DNA from: Pseudomonadota bacterium
GTDB taxonomy: Bacteria > Pseudomonadota > Alphaproteobacteria > Sphingomonadales > Sphingomonadaceae
Direction: 5' to 3'
NCBI GenBank assembly: GCA_046765675.1
Contig: JBKPOR010000004.1
Location: 7,740 to 71,739 of the forward strand
DNA: 64,000 nt
The position numbers and the translations under genes were made by a program. Position 1 is the first letter of the stretch. Each line of letters begins with the position of its first letter. The notes below the pieces were generated by a model, which searched no databases, was not told where the DNA came from, and saw only the letters and a program-made list of their open reading frames with translations. Below are positions 48,681 to 62,815 of this stretch, one piece after another.

Positions 48681-49520
48681 CTATCCCCTTCGAAGGCGCT
48701 CCGAGTGCCAGCGCAAATGCTCATCCATGAAGGTCGAGATGAAATAATAGCTATGGTCGTACCCCGGCTGGATGCGCATGGTCAGCGCGATACCCGCTTC
48801 ACGGCACGCTCGTTCCAGCAGCTCCGGCCGCAACTCCTTTTCGATGAACGGGTCTGCGTCGCCGACGTCGACGAATATTTCCGGCACTCGCGCACCGCGT
48901 TCGATCAACGCGACTGAATCATGCATTTCCCATGTCGAGCGATCTTCGCCCAGATAGCCGGCAAGCGCTTTCTGTCCCCACGGCACCTGCGACGGAGCGA
49001 CGATCGGAGCAAAGGCCGAAACGCTTCGGAAGCGCTCGGGGTGGTTGAGGACGACGGTCAGCGCGCCGTGGCCGCCCATCGAATGACCCATGATCCCCTG
49101 CCGCTCCGTGTCGACCGGAAACTCGGCAGCAACCAGCGCTGGAAGCTCCTCGGTCACATAGCTCCACATGCGATAGTGCGGAGCCCAAGGTTCCTGAGTG
49201 GCGTCGACGTAGAAGCCGGCGCCCTTGCCGAAATCCCATTCCTCGGCGTCGGCGATCCCGTCACCACGCGGGCTGGTATCGGGCGCGACGAAGATCAGGC
49301 CGAGTTCGGCGCATGCGGCGCGATACTCGCCCTTCTCGGTGACGTTGGCGTGCGTGCAGGTGAGGCCCGACAGGTACCAGACGACTGGCAGCTTGCCGCC
49401 TTGCTCGGTCTGCGGCGGAAGGAACACCGAGAAAGTCATCTCGCATCGGCAGGCACTGGATTCGTGCTTCGCGACAAGCTGCCGCCCGCCGTGCGATTTG
49501 TTTTCGGAAACGACTTCCAT
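48681..49520 (-). CDS. fghA: S-formylglutathione hydrolase
   Basis: YLSGLTCTHAN, PDTSPRG, GHSMGGHGAL, YDHSYYFI motifs. Confidence 0.95.
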   Translation of the reverse strand: MEVVSENKSHGGRQLVAKHESSACRCEMTFSVFLPPQTEQGGKLPVVWYLSGLTCTHANVTEKGEYRAACAELGLIFVAPDTSPRGDGIADAEEWDFGKGAGFYVDATQEPWAPHYRMWSYVTEELPALVAAEFPVDTERQGIMGHSMGGHGALTVVLNHPERFRSVSAFAPIVAPSQVPWGQKALAGYLGEDRSTWEMHDSVALIERGARVPEIFVDVGDADPFIEKELRPELLERACREAGIALTMRIQPGYDHSYYFISTFMDEHLRWHSERLRRG

Positions 49521-49522
49521 GC

Positions 49523-49894
49523 TTATTGCGGAGGGCGATGCAGGCCGCAGAGCTTGTTCCCGTCAGGATCGCGCAAATAAGCGAGATAGAGCCGGCCGAA
49601 CTCGCCCTCGCGGTATCCGGGCGGATCCTCGCAGCTCTTGCCGCCCGCCGCGCAGCCCGCGGCGTGCCAGGCATCGACTTCTTCCGGGCTGTCGAAGTTG
49701 AAGCCGATCGTCCCGCCATTCGAATGGCAAGCAGCGTTGCCGTCGATCGGCTTCGACACCATGAACACCGCGCCGTTCCGGCGATAGGCGAGCCGCCCCT
49801 TCTCGTCCCGCTTGGCCTCTTTCCCGAACAGCGCGTCATAGAAACGCTGCGACCGGTCTACGTCGTTCGACCCGACCATCACGTGGCTGAACAT
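49523..49894 (-). CDS. VOC/glyoxalase family protein
   Basis: MFSHVMVGSND, CEDPPG, YLRDPDGNKLC patterns. Confidence 0.9.
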   Translation of the reverse strand: MFSHVMVGSNDVDRSQRFYDALFGKEAKRDEKGRLAYRRNGAVFMVSKPIDGNAACHSNGGTIGFNFDSPEEVDAWHAAGCAAGGKSCEDPPGYREGEFGRLYLAYLRDPDGNKLCGLHRPPQ

Positions 49895-49904
49895 ATTTCG
49901 CTCC

Positions 49905-50261
49905 TCATATCTCGACCGCAATCGTGGCGGTCGCCGGGTCGCCCGTGTTGGGCATGTCCTTGGGATCCATCAGCAGCAGCTTGACCTCGCCGCTGCGAGC
50001 GCACGGGCGGTGCTCGGTACCCTTCGGCACGACAAGCAATTCGCCCGGATTCAGTGTCACGGTGCGGTCTCGCAGTTCCATGTCCAGTGTGCCTTCCAGC
50101 ACCAAGAACAGCTCATCGGTATCCGGATGCTGGTGCCATATGAATTCGCCCTCAACCTTCACCAACCGCACTTCATTGTCGTTGTAGCGGGCTACGATCC
50201 GCGGCGCCCAATGATCGGAGAAACTTCCCAGCTTTTCGGCGATATTGACCTTGTCCGGCAT
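49905..50261 (-). CDS. Cupin domain protein
   Basis: WHQHPDTDELF and VVPKGTEHRP cupin motifs. Confidence 0.9.
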   Translation of the reverse strand: MPDKVNIAEKLGSFSDHWAPRIVARYNDNEVRLVKVEGEFIWHQHPDTDELFLVLEGTLDMELRDRTVTLNPGELLVVPKGTEHRPCARSGEVKLLLMDPKDMPNTGDPATATIAVEI

Positions 50262-51373
50262 CAGTACACCACGACCGAGCGGATGCTTTCGCCCGCGTGC
50301 ATCAGGTCGAAGCCCTTGTTGATGTCCTCGAGCTTCAGCACGTGGGTGATCATTGGGTCGATCGCGATTTTCCCATCCATGTACCAGTCGACGATCTTGG
50401 GAACGTCGGTACGGCCTTTGGCACCGCCGAACGCCGTGCCGCGCCAGTTGCGGCCGGTCACGAGCTGGAACGGCCGGGTCGAGATCTCCTTGCCGGCCTC
50501 GGCTACCCCGATGATGATGCTCGTGCCCCAGCCGCGGTGGCAGCATTCGAGCGCCGTGCGCATCACTTCGGTATTGCCGGTGCAGTCGAAGCTATAGTCG
50601 GCGCCGCCGTCGGTGATTTTCAGCACTTCCTCGATGATCGCGGCGCGGTCCTTGTTCCGGGCGTCGATGAAGTCGGTCATTCCGAATTTGCGGCCCCACT
50701 CCTCCTTGCCCGGATTGACGTCGACCCCGACGATCCTGTTCGCTCCGACGAGCTTCGCGCCCTGGATCACATTGAGGCCGATTCCGCCGAGGCCGAAGAC
50801 CACGACGTTCGCTCCGGATTCGACCTTCGCAGTGTTGATCACTGCGCCGACCCCTGTTGTGACCCCGCACCCGATGTAGCAGCTGGTCTGGAACGGCGCG
50901 TCCTCGCGGATCTTGGCGACGGCGATCTCCGGAAGCACGGTGAAATTCGAAAAGGTCGAGCAGCCCATGTAGTGGAAAATCGTTTCGCCCTTGTAGCTGA
51001 AGCGGCTCGTTCCGTCGGGCATCACGCCCTTGCCCTGGGTCGCGCGGATCGCAGTGCAGAGATTGGTCTTCCCGGAGAGGCACGACTTACACTTGCCGCA
51101 TTCGGGCGTGTACAACGGGATGACGTGGTCACCTGCTTTGACCGACGTGACGCCCGGCCCCACCTCGCGGACGATCCCGGCGCCCTCGTGCCCGAGGATC
51201 GACGGGAAGATCCCTTCGGAATCGAGACCGTCGAGCGTGTAGGCGTCGGTATGGCAGATACCAGTGGCCATGATTTCGACCAGGACTTCGCCGTCCTTCG
51301 GACCGTCGAGATCGACTTCGACGATTTCGAGCGGCTGCTTGGCAGCGAAAGCGACGGCGGCGCGGGTCTTCAT
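50261..51373 (-). CDS. frmA: S-(hydroxymethyl)glutathione dehydrogenase / class III alcohol dehydrogenase
   Basis: GICHTD, GHEGAG, CGKCKSC...[19 protein letters not shown] motifs. Confidence 0.96.
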   Translation of the reverse strand: MKTRAAVAFAAKQPLEIVEVDLDGPKDGEVLVEIMATGICHTDAYTLDGLDSEGIFPSILGHEGAGIVREVGPGVTSVKAGDHVIPLYTPECGKCKSCLSGKTNLCTAIRATQGKGVMPDGTSRFSYKGETIFHYMGCSTFSNFTVLPEIAVAKIREDAPFQTSCYIGCGVTTGVGAVINTAKVESGANVVVFGLGGIGLNVIQGAKLVGANRIVGVDVNPGKEEWGRKFGMTDFIDARNKDRAAIIEEVLKITDGGADYSFDCTGNTEVMRTALECCHRGWGTSIIIGVAEAGKEISTRPFQLVTGRNWRGTAFGGAKGRTDVPKIVDWYMDGKIAIDPMITHVLKLEDINKGFDLMHAGESIRSVVVY

Positions 51374-51402
51374 GGCGGCTCCTCCCGGTGTGCGGGCGCG
51401 CC

Positions 51403-52080
51403 TTAGCCTAACAGGAAGCGCCTAATCCACCCGCCCACGCGGCTATTGTCATTCGGCGCATCCAGCGACGCGATCGCGGCTTCCGGATCGGGCACGATGT
51501 CGTAGCGCTTCTCGATAAGAGCCTTGGCGAAGGCCGGATCAAATTCCGGATGGAATTGGAAGGAGATTGCTGGGCGATCGGTCCAGGCGAGCGCGGCGTA
51601 AGGCGTGAAGTCCGAGGCCGCGACGATAGCCGTATTCGGAGGCTGGATCACGACCTGGTCCTGGTGCGATGCCGGGATCGAAATCTCCCGCTCTCCATCA
51701 AGCCATGGTTCGCTTCGCACCACCGAATAGCGATGGAGCCCAGCGCCCAAACCCTTGTCAGACTTCACGACATGCCCGCCGAGCGCCTCGGCCATGATCT
51801 GGTGGCCGAAGCACACACCGACCATCTTTCGATCGCTGGCGGAACGGATAAAGTCGGCTAGCGGTTCGATCCACGCAAGATCGTCGTAAACCCCGACGGG
51901 TGATCCTGTGATGAGGATGGCGTCATGATCGGAATCCGCTGGAAGCTCGGTCGCCTGGACATCGAACGTCTCGACTTCGAAGCCCTCACCGAGCAGCCGT
52001 TCGAACATCGCCGGATAGTCGCCAAACCGGTCGGCGAGATCGCCCGGCGGGCGGCCCGTCTCAAGGATAGCAAGCCTCAT
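51403..52080 (-). CDS. Class I glutamine amidotransferase-like protein
   Basis: ITGSP, GVCFGHQ, SHQDQV, QFHPEF motifs. Confidence 0.9.
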   Translation of the reverse strand: MRLAILETGRPPGDLADRFGDYPAMFERLLGEGFEVETFDVQATELPADSDHDAILITGSPVGVYDDLAWIEPLADFIRSASDRKMVGVCFGHQIMAEALGGHVVKSDKGLGAGLHRYSVVRSEPWLDGEREISIPASHQDQVVIQPPNTAIVAASDFTPYAALAWTDRPAISFQFHPEFDPAFAKALIEKRYDIVPDPEAAIASLDAPNDNSRVGGWIRRFLLG

Positions 52081-52139
52081 GGCGTGCGCCTTGCCACCTC
52101 ATTGCCGTTCGGCCAATGGCGAAGTGAAAGGGGAGAGCC

Positions 52140-52910
52140 GTGGCTGAGATCAACTGGCTCGAGGGCCGGCATGCCCTGATCACCGGCGGAGGCACCGGTA
52201 TCGGCGCGTCCGCCGCCGCGCATCTCCACGCCGCGGGAGCCAAGGTCTCGTTGCTCGGTCGACGGATGGAGCCGTTGCAGCAAACTGCCGAGCGGATCGG
52301 CGGCTATGCCGTTTCGTGCGACGTCACCCAGCCCGACCAGATCGGCAAGGCGTTCGAGGAGGCACGGACCTTGAACGGCCCGATCGAGCTTCTGGTCGTC
52401 AACGCCGGAATCGCCGAGAGCGCGCCCTTCCACAAGATGACCCGCGATAGCTGGGACCGCATCATCGCGACCAACCTGACGGCGGCGTTCGATTGCGCCC
52501 AGGCGGCGCTTCCCGACCTCCTCAAGAGCGAAAACGGCCGCTTGGTCTTCGTGGCTTCGGTCGCGAGCCTTCGTGGAGTCCCTTACGCGGCCCATTACGC
52601 GGCATCGAAGCACGGCCTCCTAGGTCTCGCGCGCTCGCTCGCCGCCGAATATGCCAAGACCAACCTTACCGTGAATGCGATCTGCCCGGGCTATGTCGAC
52701 ACCCCGATGACCGACCAGTCGATCGCTCGGGTGTCGGCGATCACCGGCCGAAGCGAGGACGATTCGCGCTCGGCGATCGTCAACATGAATGCGAGCGGGA
52801 GGCTGGTCGACCCGGACGGAATCGCAACCATGATCCTGACCCTCTGCCTGCCGCAGAGCCGTGACATCAACGGCGCCGCGGTGACGATCGACGGAGGCAC
52901 GTCGGCGTGA
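52140..52910 (+). CDS. SDR family oxidoreductase (3-hydroxyacyl-CoA dehydrogenase-like)
   Basis: [29 protein letters not shown] motifs. Confidence 0.92.
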   Translation: MAEINWLEGRHALITGGGTGIGASAAAHLHAAGAKVSLLGRRMEPLQQTAERIGGYAVSCDVTQPDQIGKAFEEARTLNGPIELLVVNAGIAESAPFHKMTRDSWDRIIATNLTAAFDCAQAALPDLLKSENGRLVFVASVASLRGVPYAAHYAASKHGLLGLARSLAAEYAKTNLTVNAICPGYVDTPMTDQSIARVSAITGRSEDDSRSAIVNMNASGRLVDPDGIATMILTLCLPQSRDINGAAVTIDGGTSA

Positions 52911-53716
52911 GCCTGGATGCCAAGACGCTCGAGCCTGAGCATTTCCTCTGGGCCTTTCAGGACGGCGTGGCGACCGTCACGCTCAATCGGCCCGAGCGCA
53001 AGAACCCACTGACGTTCGAAAGCTATGCCGAGCTTCGCGATACCTTCCGCGAGCTCTGCCGCACGCCCGACGTGAAGGTAGTCGTGATAACCGGCGCGGG
53101 CGGCAATTTCTGCTCGGGCGGCGACGTGCATGAAATCATCGGGCCGCTGACGAAAATGGACGAAGGCGGCCTCCTCGATTTCACGCGCATGACCGGCGAT
53201 CTGGTCCGCGCCATGCGCGCCTGCCCGCAGCCGATCATAGCCGCTGTCGAAGGCGTCTGCGCCGGCGCGGGGGCGATCCTCGCCATGGCCAGCGACATTC
53301 GTTTGGCCTCACCGAACGCGAAGACGGCCTTCCTCTTTACGCGCGTGGGCCTGTCGGGCGCGGACATGGGGGCCTGCGCGATCCTGCCCCGGATCATCGG
53401 CCACGGCCGCGCCGCGGAGTTGCTCTTCACCGGCCGCAACATAAGCGCCGAAGAAGGGTTGGCCTGGGGGTTCTGGAACCGGGTGAGCGACGACGTGCTC
53501 GCCGATGCGCAAAAACTCGCGCGCGAGCTGGCGAGCGGCCCGACCCTCGCCCACGGCGTCACCAAGCGCCAGCTCGATGCGGAATGGCACGTGTCGATCG
53601 AAACGGCGCTCGACATGGAAGCCGAAGCCCAGGCCGAGTGCATGCAAACGAAGGATTTCCATCGCGCCTACGAGGCGTTCGCGGCGAAACGCACACCGGA
53701 GTTTCATGGTGACTGA
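52907..53716 (+). CDS. Enoyl-CoA hydratase/isomerase family protein
   Basis: [30 protein letters not shown] motifs. Confidence 0.92.
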   Translation: MSLDAKTLEPEHFLWAFQDGVATVTLNRPERKNPLTFESYAELRDTFRELCRTPDVKVVVITGAGGNFCSGGDVHEIIGPLTKMDEGGLLDFTRMTGDLVRAMRACPQPIIAAVEGVCAGAGAILAMASDIRLASPNAKTAFLFTRVGLSGADMGACAILPRIIGHGRAAELLFTGRNISAEEGLAWGFWNRVSDDVLADAQKLARELASGPTLAHGVTKRQLDAEWHVSIETALDMEAEAQAECMQTKDFHRAYEAFAAKRTPEFHGD

Positions 53717-54848
53717 CCTCAGTTGGCCATTCTTTGAAGAGCGCCACCGCGAGCTGGCGAAGGCGATCGAGGATTGGTGCGAGGCGACGATCCACGACGC
53801 CGAGCCGTCCGACGCCGACTATGCCTGCCGCGCAACCGTCGCCGAACTCGGCAAGGCCGGCTTCCTCAAGCTCGCGGTATCCGATGGCAAGAGCCGGCCC
53901 GACGTCCGCAGCCTCGCGCTCTGCCGCGAGACGTTCGCGCGCTATCACGGCCTCGTCGACTTCGCATTTGCGATGCAGGGCCTCGGCTCCGGCGCGATCT
54001 CCTTGTTCGGAACGGTCGAGCAAAAGCGTCAGTGGCTGCCCAAGGTCGCGGCCGGTGAGGCGATCGCCGCCTTCGCCATGACCGAGCCCGATTGCGGATC
54101 GGACGCGGCCAACATGTCGACCTCGGCGATGCGCGACGGCAACGAATGGGTGCTCGTCGGCGAGAAGACCTATATTTCGAATGGCGGGATCGCCGATTTC
54201 TATGTGACTTTCGCCCGCACCGGCGAAGGCGAAGGCGCGAAGGGCCTCAGCGCCTTCATCGTTCCTGCGGACGCCGTCGAAGTCGCCGAGCGCATCCGGG
54301 TCATCGCTCCCCACCCGCTCGGGCGCATCAAGTACGACAATGTCCGTATCCCCGCCGACGCGATCATCGGCGAGCCCGGCGAAGGCTTCCGAATCGGCAT
54401 GGAGACCTTGAACCTGTTCCGGGTGACGGTCGGAGCTGCGGCACTGGGCTTCGCTCGGCGGGCTCTGGACGAGGCTCTGAAGTTTGCAACCAATCGCCGT
54501 CTCGGCAGCGGCATGCTGGCCGACAATGCGGTGACCCAGGAAAAGCTCGCCGACATGGCGCTTCTGATCGACGCGTCGGCGCTGCTGATCTACCGTGCCG
54601 CATGGCAGCAGGACATCGGCGGGACCGACCACCGCCGCGCCGCGGCCATGGCCAAGCTCCACGCCACCGAAGCTGCGCAGCAGGTCATCGACGCCGCGGT
54701 GCAGATGCACGGGGGCGCGGGAGTCACTCGCGGAGTGAAGGTCGAGGAGCTGTACCGCGACATCCGAGCGCTCCGCATCTACGAGGGCGCGAGCGAGGTC
54801 CAGCGCCAGATCATCGCCCGCGACCTCCTGAAGGAGCATCGGGCGTGA
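53706..54848 (+). CDS. Acyl-CoA dehydrogenase
   Basis: [45 protein letters not shown] motifs. Confidence 0.94.
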   Translation: MVTDLSWPFFEERHRELAKAIEDWCEATIHDAEPSDADYACRATVAELGKAGFLKLAVSDGKSRPDVRSLALCRETFARYHGLVDFAFAMQGLGSGAISLFGTVEQKRQWLPKVAAGEAIAAFAMTEPDCGSDAANMSTSAMRDGNEWVLVGEKTYISNGGIADFYVTFARTGEGEGAKGLSAFIVPADAVEVAERIRVIAPHPLGRIKYDNVRIPADAIIGEPGEGFRIGMETLNLFRVTVGAAALGFARRALDEALKFATNRRLGSGMLADNAVTQEKLADMALLIDASALLIYRAAWQQDIGGTDHRRAAAMAKLHATEAAQQVIDAAVQMHGGAGVTRGVKVEELYRDIRALRIYEGASEVQRQIIARDLLKEHRA

Positions 54849-55237
54849 AGCCGCTCTGCCCGCCCGGCTGGCCTCGGCCCAAAGGCTATTCCAATGCCAT
54901 GGCCGCGCGCGGACGGATGATCTTTACCGCCGGGGTCGTCGGCTGGAACGAGGAAGAACGATTCGCCGAGACGACGCTCGCCGGCCAGTTCGCACAGGCC
55001 TTGCGAAACATCGTAGCGATCCTCGCCTGCGACGGAGCGCAGCCCACGAACATCGCGCGATTGACCTGCTATGTGACCTCGATCGAGGAATATCGCGCGA
55101 GCCTGAAGGAGATTGGCGCAGCCTTCCGCGAAATCATGGGCAACCACTATCCGGCCATGGCCCTGGTCGAAGTCGCTCGCCTGGTCGAACCCGAAGCCAA
55201 AGTCGAGATCGAGGCGACGGCGGTGGTGCCGGAGTGA
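54845..55237 (+). CDS. RidA/YjgF family protein
   Basis: PKGYSN, FTAGVVG, HYPAMALVEV..LVE..AKVEIEATA; GTG start overlapping the upstream stop. Confidence 0.9.
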   Translation: MKPLCPPGWPRPKGYSNAMAARGRMIFTAGVVGWNEEERFAETTLAGQFAQALRNIVAILACDGAQPTNIARLTCYVTSIEEYRASLKEIGAAFREIMGNHYPAMALVEVARLVEPEAKVEIEATAVVPE

Positions 55238-55250
55238 TGCCGACTCAATC

Positions 55251-55368
55251 AAATCCTCCCCGGAACGGGGAGGTGGCAGCTCGAAGAGCTGACGGAGGGG
55301 TCGATTCACGTCGGTCGGCCCCTCCACCATCCTGTGGATGGTCCCCCTCCCCGTTCCGGGCAGGATTT
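55251..55368. repeat. 118-bp long inverted-repeat intergenic element (CIR-like / MITE-like)
   Basis: AAATCCTCCCCGGAACGGGGAGG ... CCTCCCCGTTCCGGGCAGGATTT terminal inverted arms with internal hairpins and a central GATTC. Confidence 0.8.
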
Positions 55369-55370
55369 TG

Positions 55371-56966
55371 GTGACCTACGACTCCTTCGTTCGCGACCGC
55401 CTGCCTCCGCCGGAGCTGCTTCCGGAATTCCGCTTCGACCTTCCTGAGCTCCAATATCCCGAAAGGATGAACGCGGCCGCGGAGCTGTTGAAGGGGCGCG
55501 CGCCGGACGCGCTGGCGGTCGTCAACGACCACGGCCGCTGGACCTATGCCGAGCTCGACCATTTCAGCGGCCGAATCGCCCGGCTGGTGGTCGAGGAACA
55601 CGGCCTCGTCCCCGGCAACAGAGTGCTCCTGCGCGGGCCGAACACCTACACAATGTTCGCGGCGTGGCTTGGGGTGCTGAAGGCCGGCGGAGTGGTGGTC
55701 GCGACCATGCCTTTACTGCGTCCGGGAGAGATCGCGACGGTGATCGAACGGGCTGAGATCAGCCACGCCATCGTCGACAGCCGCTTCATCGGCGACTTCC
55801 GCCAGGCGGTCGACCAGACGCATTTCGTAAAGCACATCGTCAAATATGACGGCGACTACGGGAAGGGCGAGCTCGAGACGCGCACGGCTTCGCTGCAGCC
55901 GCTGCAACCCGCCGACACCGGCCGGGACGACCCGTGCATCATCGCCTTCACCAGCGGCACGACCGGCGTGCCCAAGGGCTGCGTCCAGTTCCACCGCGAC
56001 GTGCTCGCGCCCTGCGATTCGTTCGCGAAGCATCTCGTCGGCGCGAAGCCGGGCGATGTCTTTCTCACCAGCGCGCCAATGGCATTCACCTTCGGCCTCG
56101 GCATCACGCCGATGTTTCCGCTGCGTTTTGGCGCGGCGAGCGCGACCATCGAACAAGGGGGTCCGCAGGTGCTTGTCGAAGCGGTCTCGAAGTTCGGAGT
56201 GACGCATCTCGGGACCGCGCCAACCGCCTATAAGGCGATGCTGTCGCAACCTGGGCTGGAGAAAGCGCTCGCGACCCTGCGCTATTGCATCTCCGCTGGG
56301 GAGCATTTGCCCGAGGCGACGTGGCGTGCGTGGAAGGATCGTACCGGGATCGCGATCACCGACGGCATCGGCTCGACCGAGATGATGCACATTTTCGTTT
56401 CCGCCGCGGGCGACGAGGTCCGCCCTGGCTCAACTGGGAAAGCGGTGCCGGGCTACACCGCGACCATCCTCGACGCGGACGGTGGAGAGATCGTCGAAGG
56501 TGTCGGTCGCCTCGCCATCAAGGGCCCGACCGGCTGCCGCTACCTCGATGACCCCCGCCAGCGCGATTATGTCGTAAACGGCTGGAACGTTACCGGTGAC
56601 ACCTACCGCCGCGACGCCGACGGCTATTATTGGTACCTCGCGCGCAGCGACGACATGATCGTCAGCTCGGGCTACAATATCGGCGCTCCGGAAGTGGAGA
56701 ATGCGCTCCTGTCGCACCCCGCGGTCGCCGAATGCGCGGTGATCGGAGTCCCCTGCCCCGAGCGCGGCCAAAAGGTGAAGGCGTTCGTGGTGCTCGCGGC
56801 GGACGCAGAAGGATCGGACGCGCTGGTCGCCGAGCTGCAGGCACACGCGAAGGCCCAGATCGCGCCCTTCAAATATCCGCGCGAGATTGAGTTCGTGGAC
56901 GCGCTGCCGAAGACCGCGACGGGAAAGGTAAGGCGGAGCGAGTTGAGGGGACGTACCCCTGCGTAG
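55371..56966 (+). CDS. AMP-binding aryl-CoA ligase (benzoate / 2-aminobenzoate-CoA ligase-like)
   Basis: AFTSGTTGVPKG, DGIGSTEM, TGD..RRD.DGY, KTATGK motifs; start GTG 55371 or TTG 55368. Confidence 0.9.
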   Translation: MTYDSFVRDRLPPPELLPEFRFDLPELQYPERMNAAAELLKGRAPDALAVVNDHGRWTYAELDHFSGRIARLVVEEHGLVPGNRVLLRGPNTYTMFAAWLGVLKAGGVVVATMPLLRPGEIATVIERAEISHAIVDSRFIGDFRQAVDQTHFVKHIVKYDGDYGKGELETRTASLQPLQPADTGRDDPCIIAFTSGTTGVPKGCVQFHRDVLAPCDSFAKHLVGAKPGDVFLTSAPMAFTFGLGITPMFPLRFGAASATIEQGGPQVLVEAVSKFGVTHLGTAPTAYKAMLSQPGLEKALATLRYCISAGEHLPEATWRAWKDRTGIAITDGIGSTEMMHIFVSAAGDEVRPGSTGKAVPGYTATILDADGGEIVEGVGRLAIKGPTGCRYLDDPRQRDYVVNGWNVTGDTYRRDADGYYWYLARSDDMIVSSGYNIGAPEVENALLSHPAVAECAVIGVPCPERGQKVKAFVVLAADAEGSDALVAELQAHAKAQIAPFKYPREIEFVDALPKTATGKVRRSELRGRTPA

Positions 56967-57034
56967 GCAGGGGTCCAGACGCGCGCAGCGCTAACGGGCT
57001 TCGCCGGACTGGGCTCCCGCCTTCGCGGGAGCAC
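56953..57034. repeat. REP-doublet (REPIN-like) palindromic element
   Basis: GTACCCCTGCGTAGGCAGGGGTCCAG (56953-56978), a spacer, then CTGGGCTCCCGCCTTCGCGGGAGCAC (57009-57034). Each arm is a hairpin and the arms are inverted relative to each other. Confidence 0.75.
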
Positions 57035-57037
57035 AGA

Positions 57038-59149
<2,112 letters not shown>

Positions 59150-59154
59150 TCAGC

Positions 59155-59615
59155 TCACCTCGGCTTTTTGGCGAGGTAGACGCCGACGGCCATGACCAGC
59201 AAGCCGATCGCGCGCTGCAGGGTCAAGGCGGATCGGGCCGCTCCAAACAAAGCGAAATGATCGATGGCGGCAGCGGCGATCAGCTGCCCGAGCAACACAA
59301 AGAAAATGGCATTGCCGACACCGATCCGCGGAGCCGACCAGGTCACCGCGAGAATGTAGAACACGACGCCGAGCGCGGCGAGATAGTACCAGGGCGACAG
59401 CCCGGCGAAGACGCCGCGCGACGGAAGTCCGACGAGCGCCAACACGATCGCCGTCATCACGAAGCCGACGGCGAACAGGATTGCGCTCGCGGCGACGGGA
59501 CTGGCGATGTGCTGACCAATTCCCGCGTTCACTGCTGCGGTAACGGGAATGCCCATGCCGACGACCGTCATCATCAGAGCAATGACGGTGAAGCTCGCGC
59601 CGGCCGAGTGACCGC

Positions 59616-59619
<4 letters not shown>
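59155..59619 (-). CDS. DMT family transporter (YdcZ/DUF606-like)
   Basis: [36 protein letters not shown] patterns. Confidence 0.88.
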
Positions 59620-61754
<2,135 letters not shown>

Positions 61755-61771
61755 TCGCGGCCGTCTTTAGC

Positions 61772-61840
61772 CGTCATTGCGAGCGAAGCGAAGCAATCCA
61801 GACTGGATTGCCGCGTCGCCTTCGGCTCCTCGCAATGACG
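61772..61840. repeat. REP/RPE-like palindromic element, family A (between mce and scpA)
   Basis: CGTCATTGCGAGCGAAGCGAAGCAATCCAG A CTGGATTGC...CTCGCAATGACG, 69 bp. Confidence 0.92.
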
Positions 61841-61842
61841 AA

Positions 61843-62253
61843 TCAGCGGAGGCTTTCCATGATCTCGGTCAGCACGCCGCCCATGTCCTTCGGGTGGACG
61901 AAAAAGACGGGCGTCCCATGCGCTCCGATGCGCGGCTCGCCGAGCACCCGCGCGCCCTTCCCTTCGAACTCGGCCTTGGCTGCGTGGATGTCTGGCACCT
62001 CGAAGCAGACATGGTGCTGGCCGCCGAGCGGATTCTTCTCGAGGAACTTTGCGATCGGTGAGTTCTCGCCGAGCGGTTCGATCAGTTCGATTTGCGAGTT
62101 GGGCGTATCGACGAAGCACACGCGGACGCCCTGGGCCGGGAGGTCGAACGGATCGCCATGCGGCTCCGCGCCGAACATAATCTTGTACAGCGCGAGGCTG
62201 TTCTCGATCGAGGGCGTCGCGACGCCGACATGGTTGAGGCGGCCGAGTTTCAT
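61843..62253 (-). CDS. mce: Methylmalonyl-CoA epimerase
   Basis: LNHVGVATP, QIELIEP, GGQHHVCFEV, FVHPKDMGGVLTE motifs; RBS GGAGG. Confidence 0.96.
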   Translation of the reverse strand: MKLGRLNHVGVATPSIENSLALYKIMFGAEPHGDPFDLPAQGVRVCFVDTPNSQIELIEPLGENSPIAKFLEKNPLGGQHHVCFEVPDIHAAKAEFEGKGARVLGEPRIGAHGTPVFFVHPKDMGGVLTEIMESLR

Positions 62254-62271
62254 CTTCTCCCTCCTTTGCGC

Positions 62272-62353
62272 CGTCATTGCGAGGAGCGAAGCGACGAAGC
62301 AATCCAGCAATTTCACCGTAGCCCTGGATTGCTTCGCTACGCTCGCAATGACG
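62272..62353. repeat. REP/RPE-like palindromic element, family A (between the OsmC gene and mce)
   Basis: CGTCATTGCGAGGAGCGAAGCGACGAAGCAATCCAG...CTGGATTGCTTCGCTACGCTCGCAATGACG, 82 bp. Confidence 0.92.
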
Positions 62354-62356
62354 TGG

Positions 62357-62815
62357 TCAGTGCTCGACTTTCACTTCCGTCGTCACCGAATTGGCGATGA
62401 AGCAGGCCTCGTGCGCGCGGTGGTGCAGGTCGGCGAGGGCGGCTTCGTCGGGCGGGTCGCCGGCCCACGTGACGCGCGGCCGCAGGGTCACGCCGGTCAT
62501 CGCCATCTTCCCGTCGGCGCGCTTGTCGAGCACGCCTTCCGCCTCGTCGACATAGTCGTCGATCACGAACCCCGCGCGGCGCGCGAAGTCGATGAAGAAC
62601 AGCATGTGGCAGGACGACAGCGAGGCGACGAACGCTTCCTCCGGATCGACCCCCACAGGGTCATTCCACGGCGCGGGAACGACGTGCGGGCTCGCGCTCG
62701 CGGGCACCACTGTTCCGCCGTCGAACGCCCATTGGTGCGCGCGGCTGTATTGGCCCTTCGCGAAGTCGCCCTCGCCCGTGCGGCTCCAGCGGATCGTGGC
62801 GGTGTAAGTGCTCAT
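62357..62815 (-). CDS. OsmC/Ohr family protein
   Basis: DPEEAFVASLSSCHMLFF and AHEACFIANSV two-Cys motifs. Confidence 0.9.
   Translation of the reverse strand: MSTYTATIRWSRTGEGDFAKGQYSRAHQWAFDGGTVVPASASPHVVPAPWNDPVGVDPEEAFVASLSSCHMLFFIDFARRAGFVIDDYVDEAEGVLDKRADGKMAMTGVTLRPRVTWAGDPPDEAALADLHHRAHEACFIANSVTTEVKVEH

Noticed and set aside
42729-52080. Genomic island integrated at tRNA-Glu
   Set aside because: No integrase, no duplicated tRNA 3' end was seen, and the downstream genes look like ordinary high-GC chromosomal genes.
53559-54839. 426-aa minus-strand ORF
   Set aside because: Antisense to the acyl-CoA dehydrogenase.
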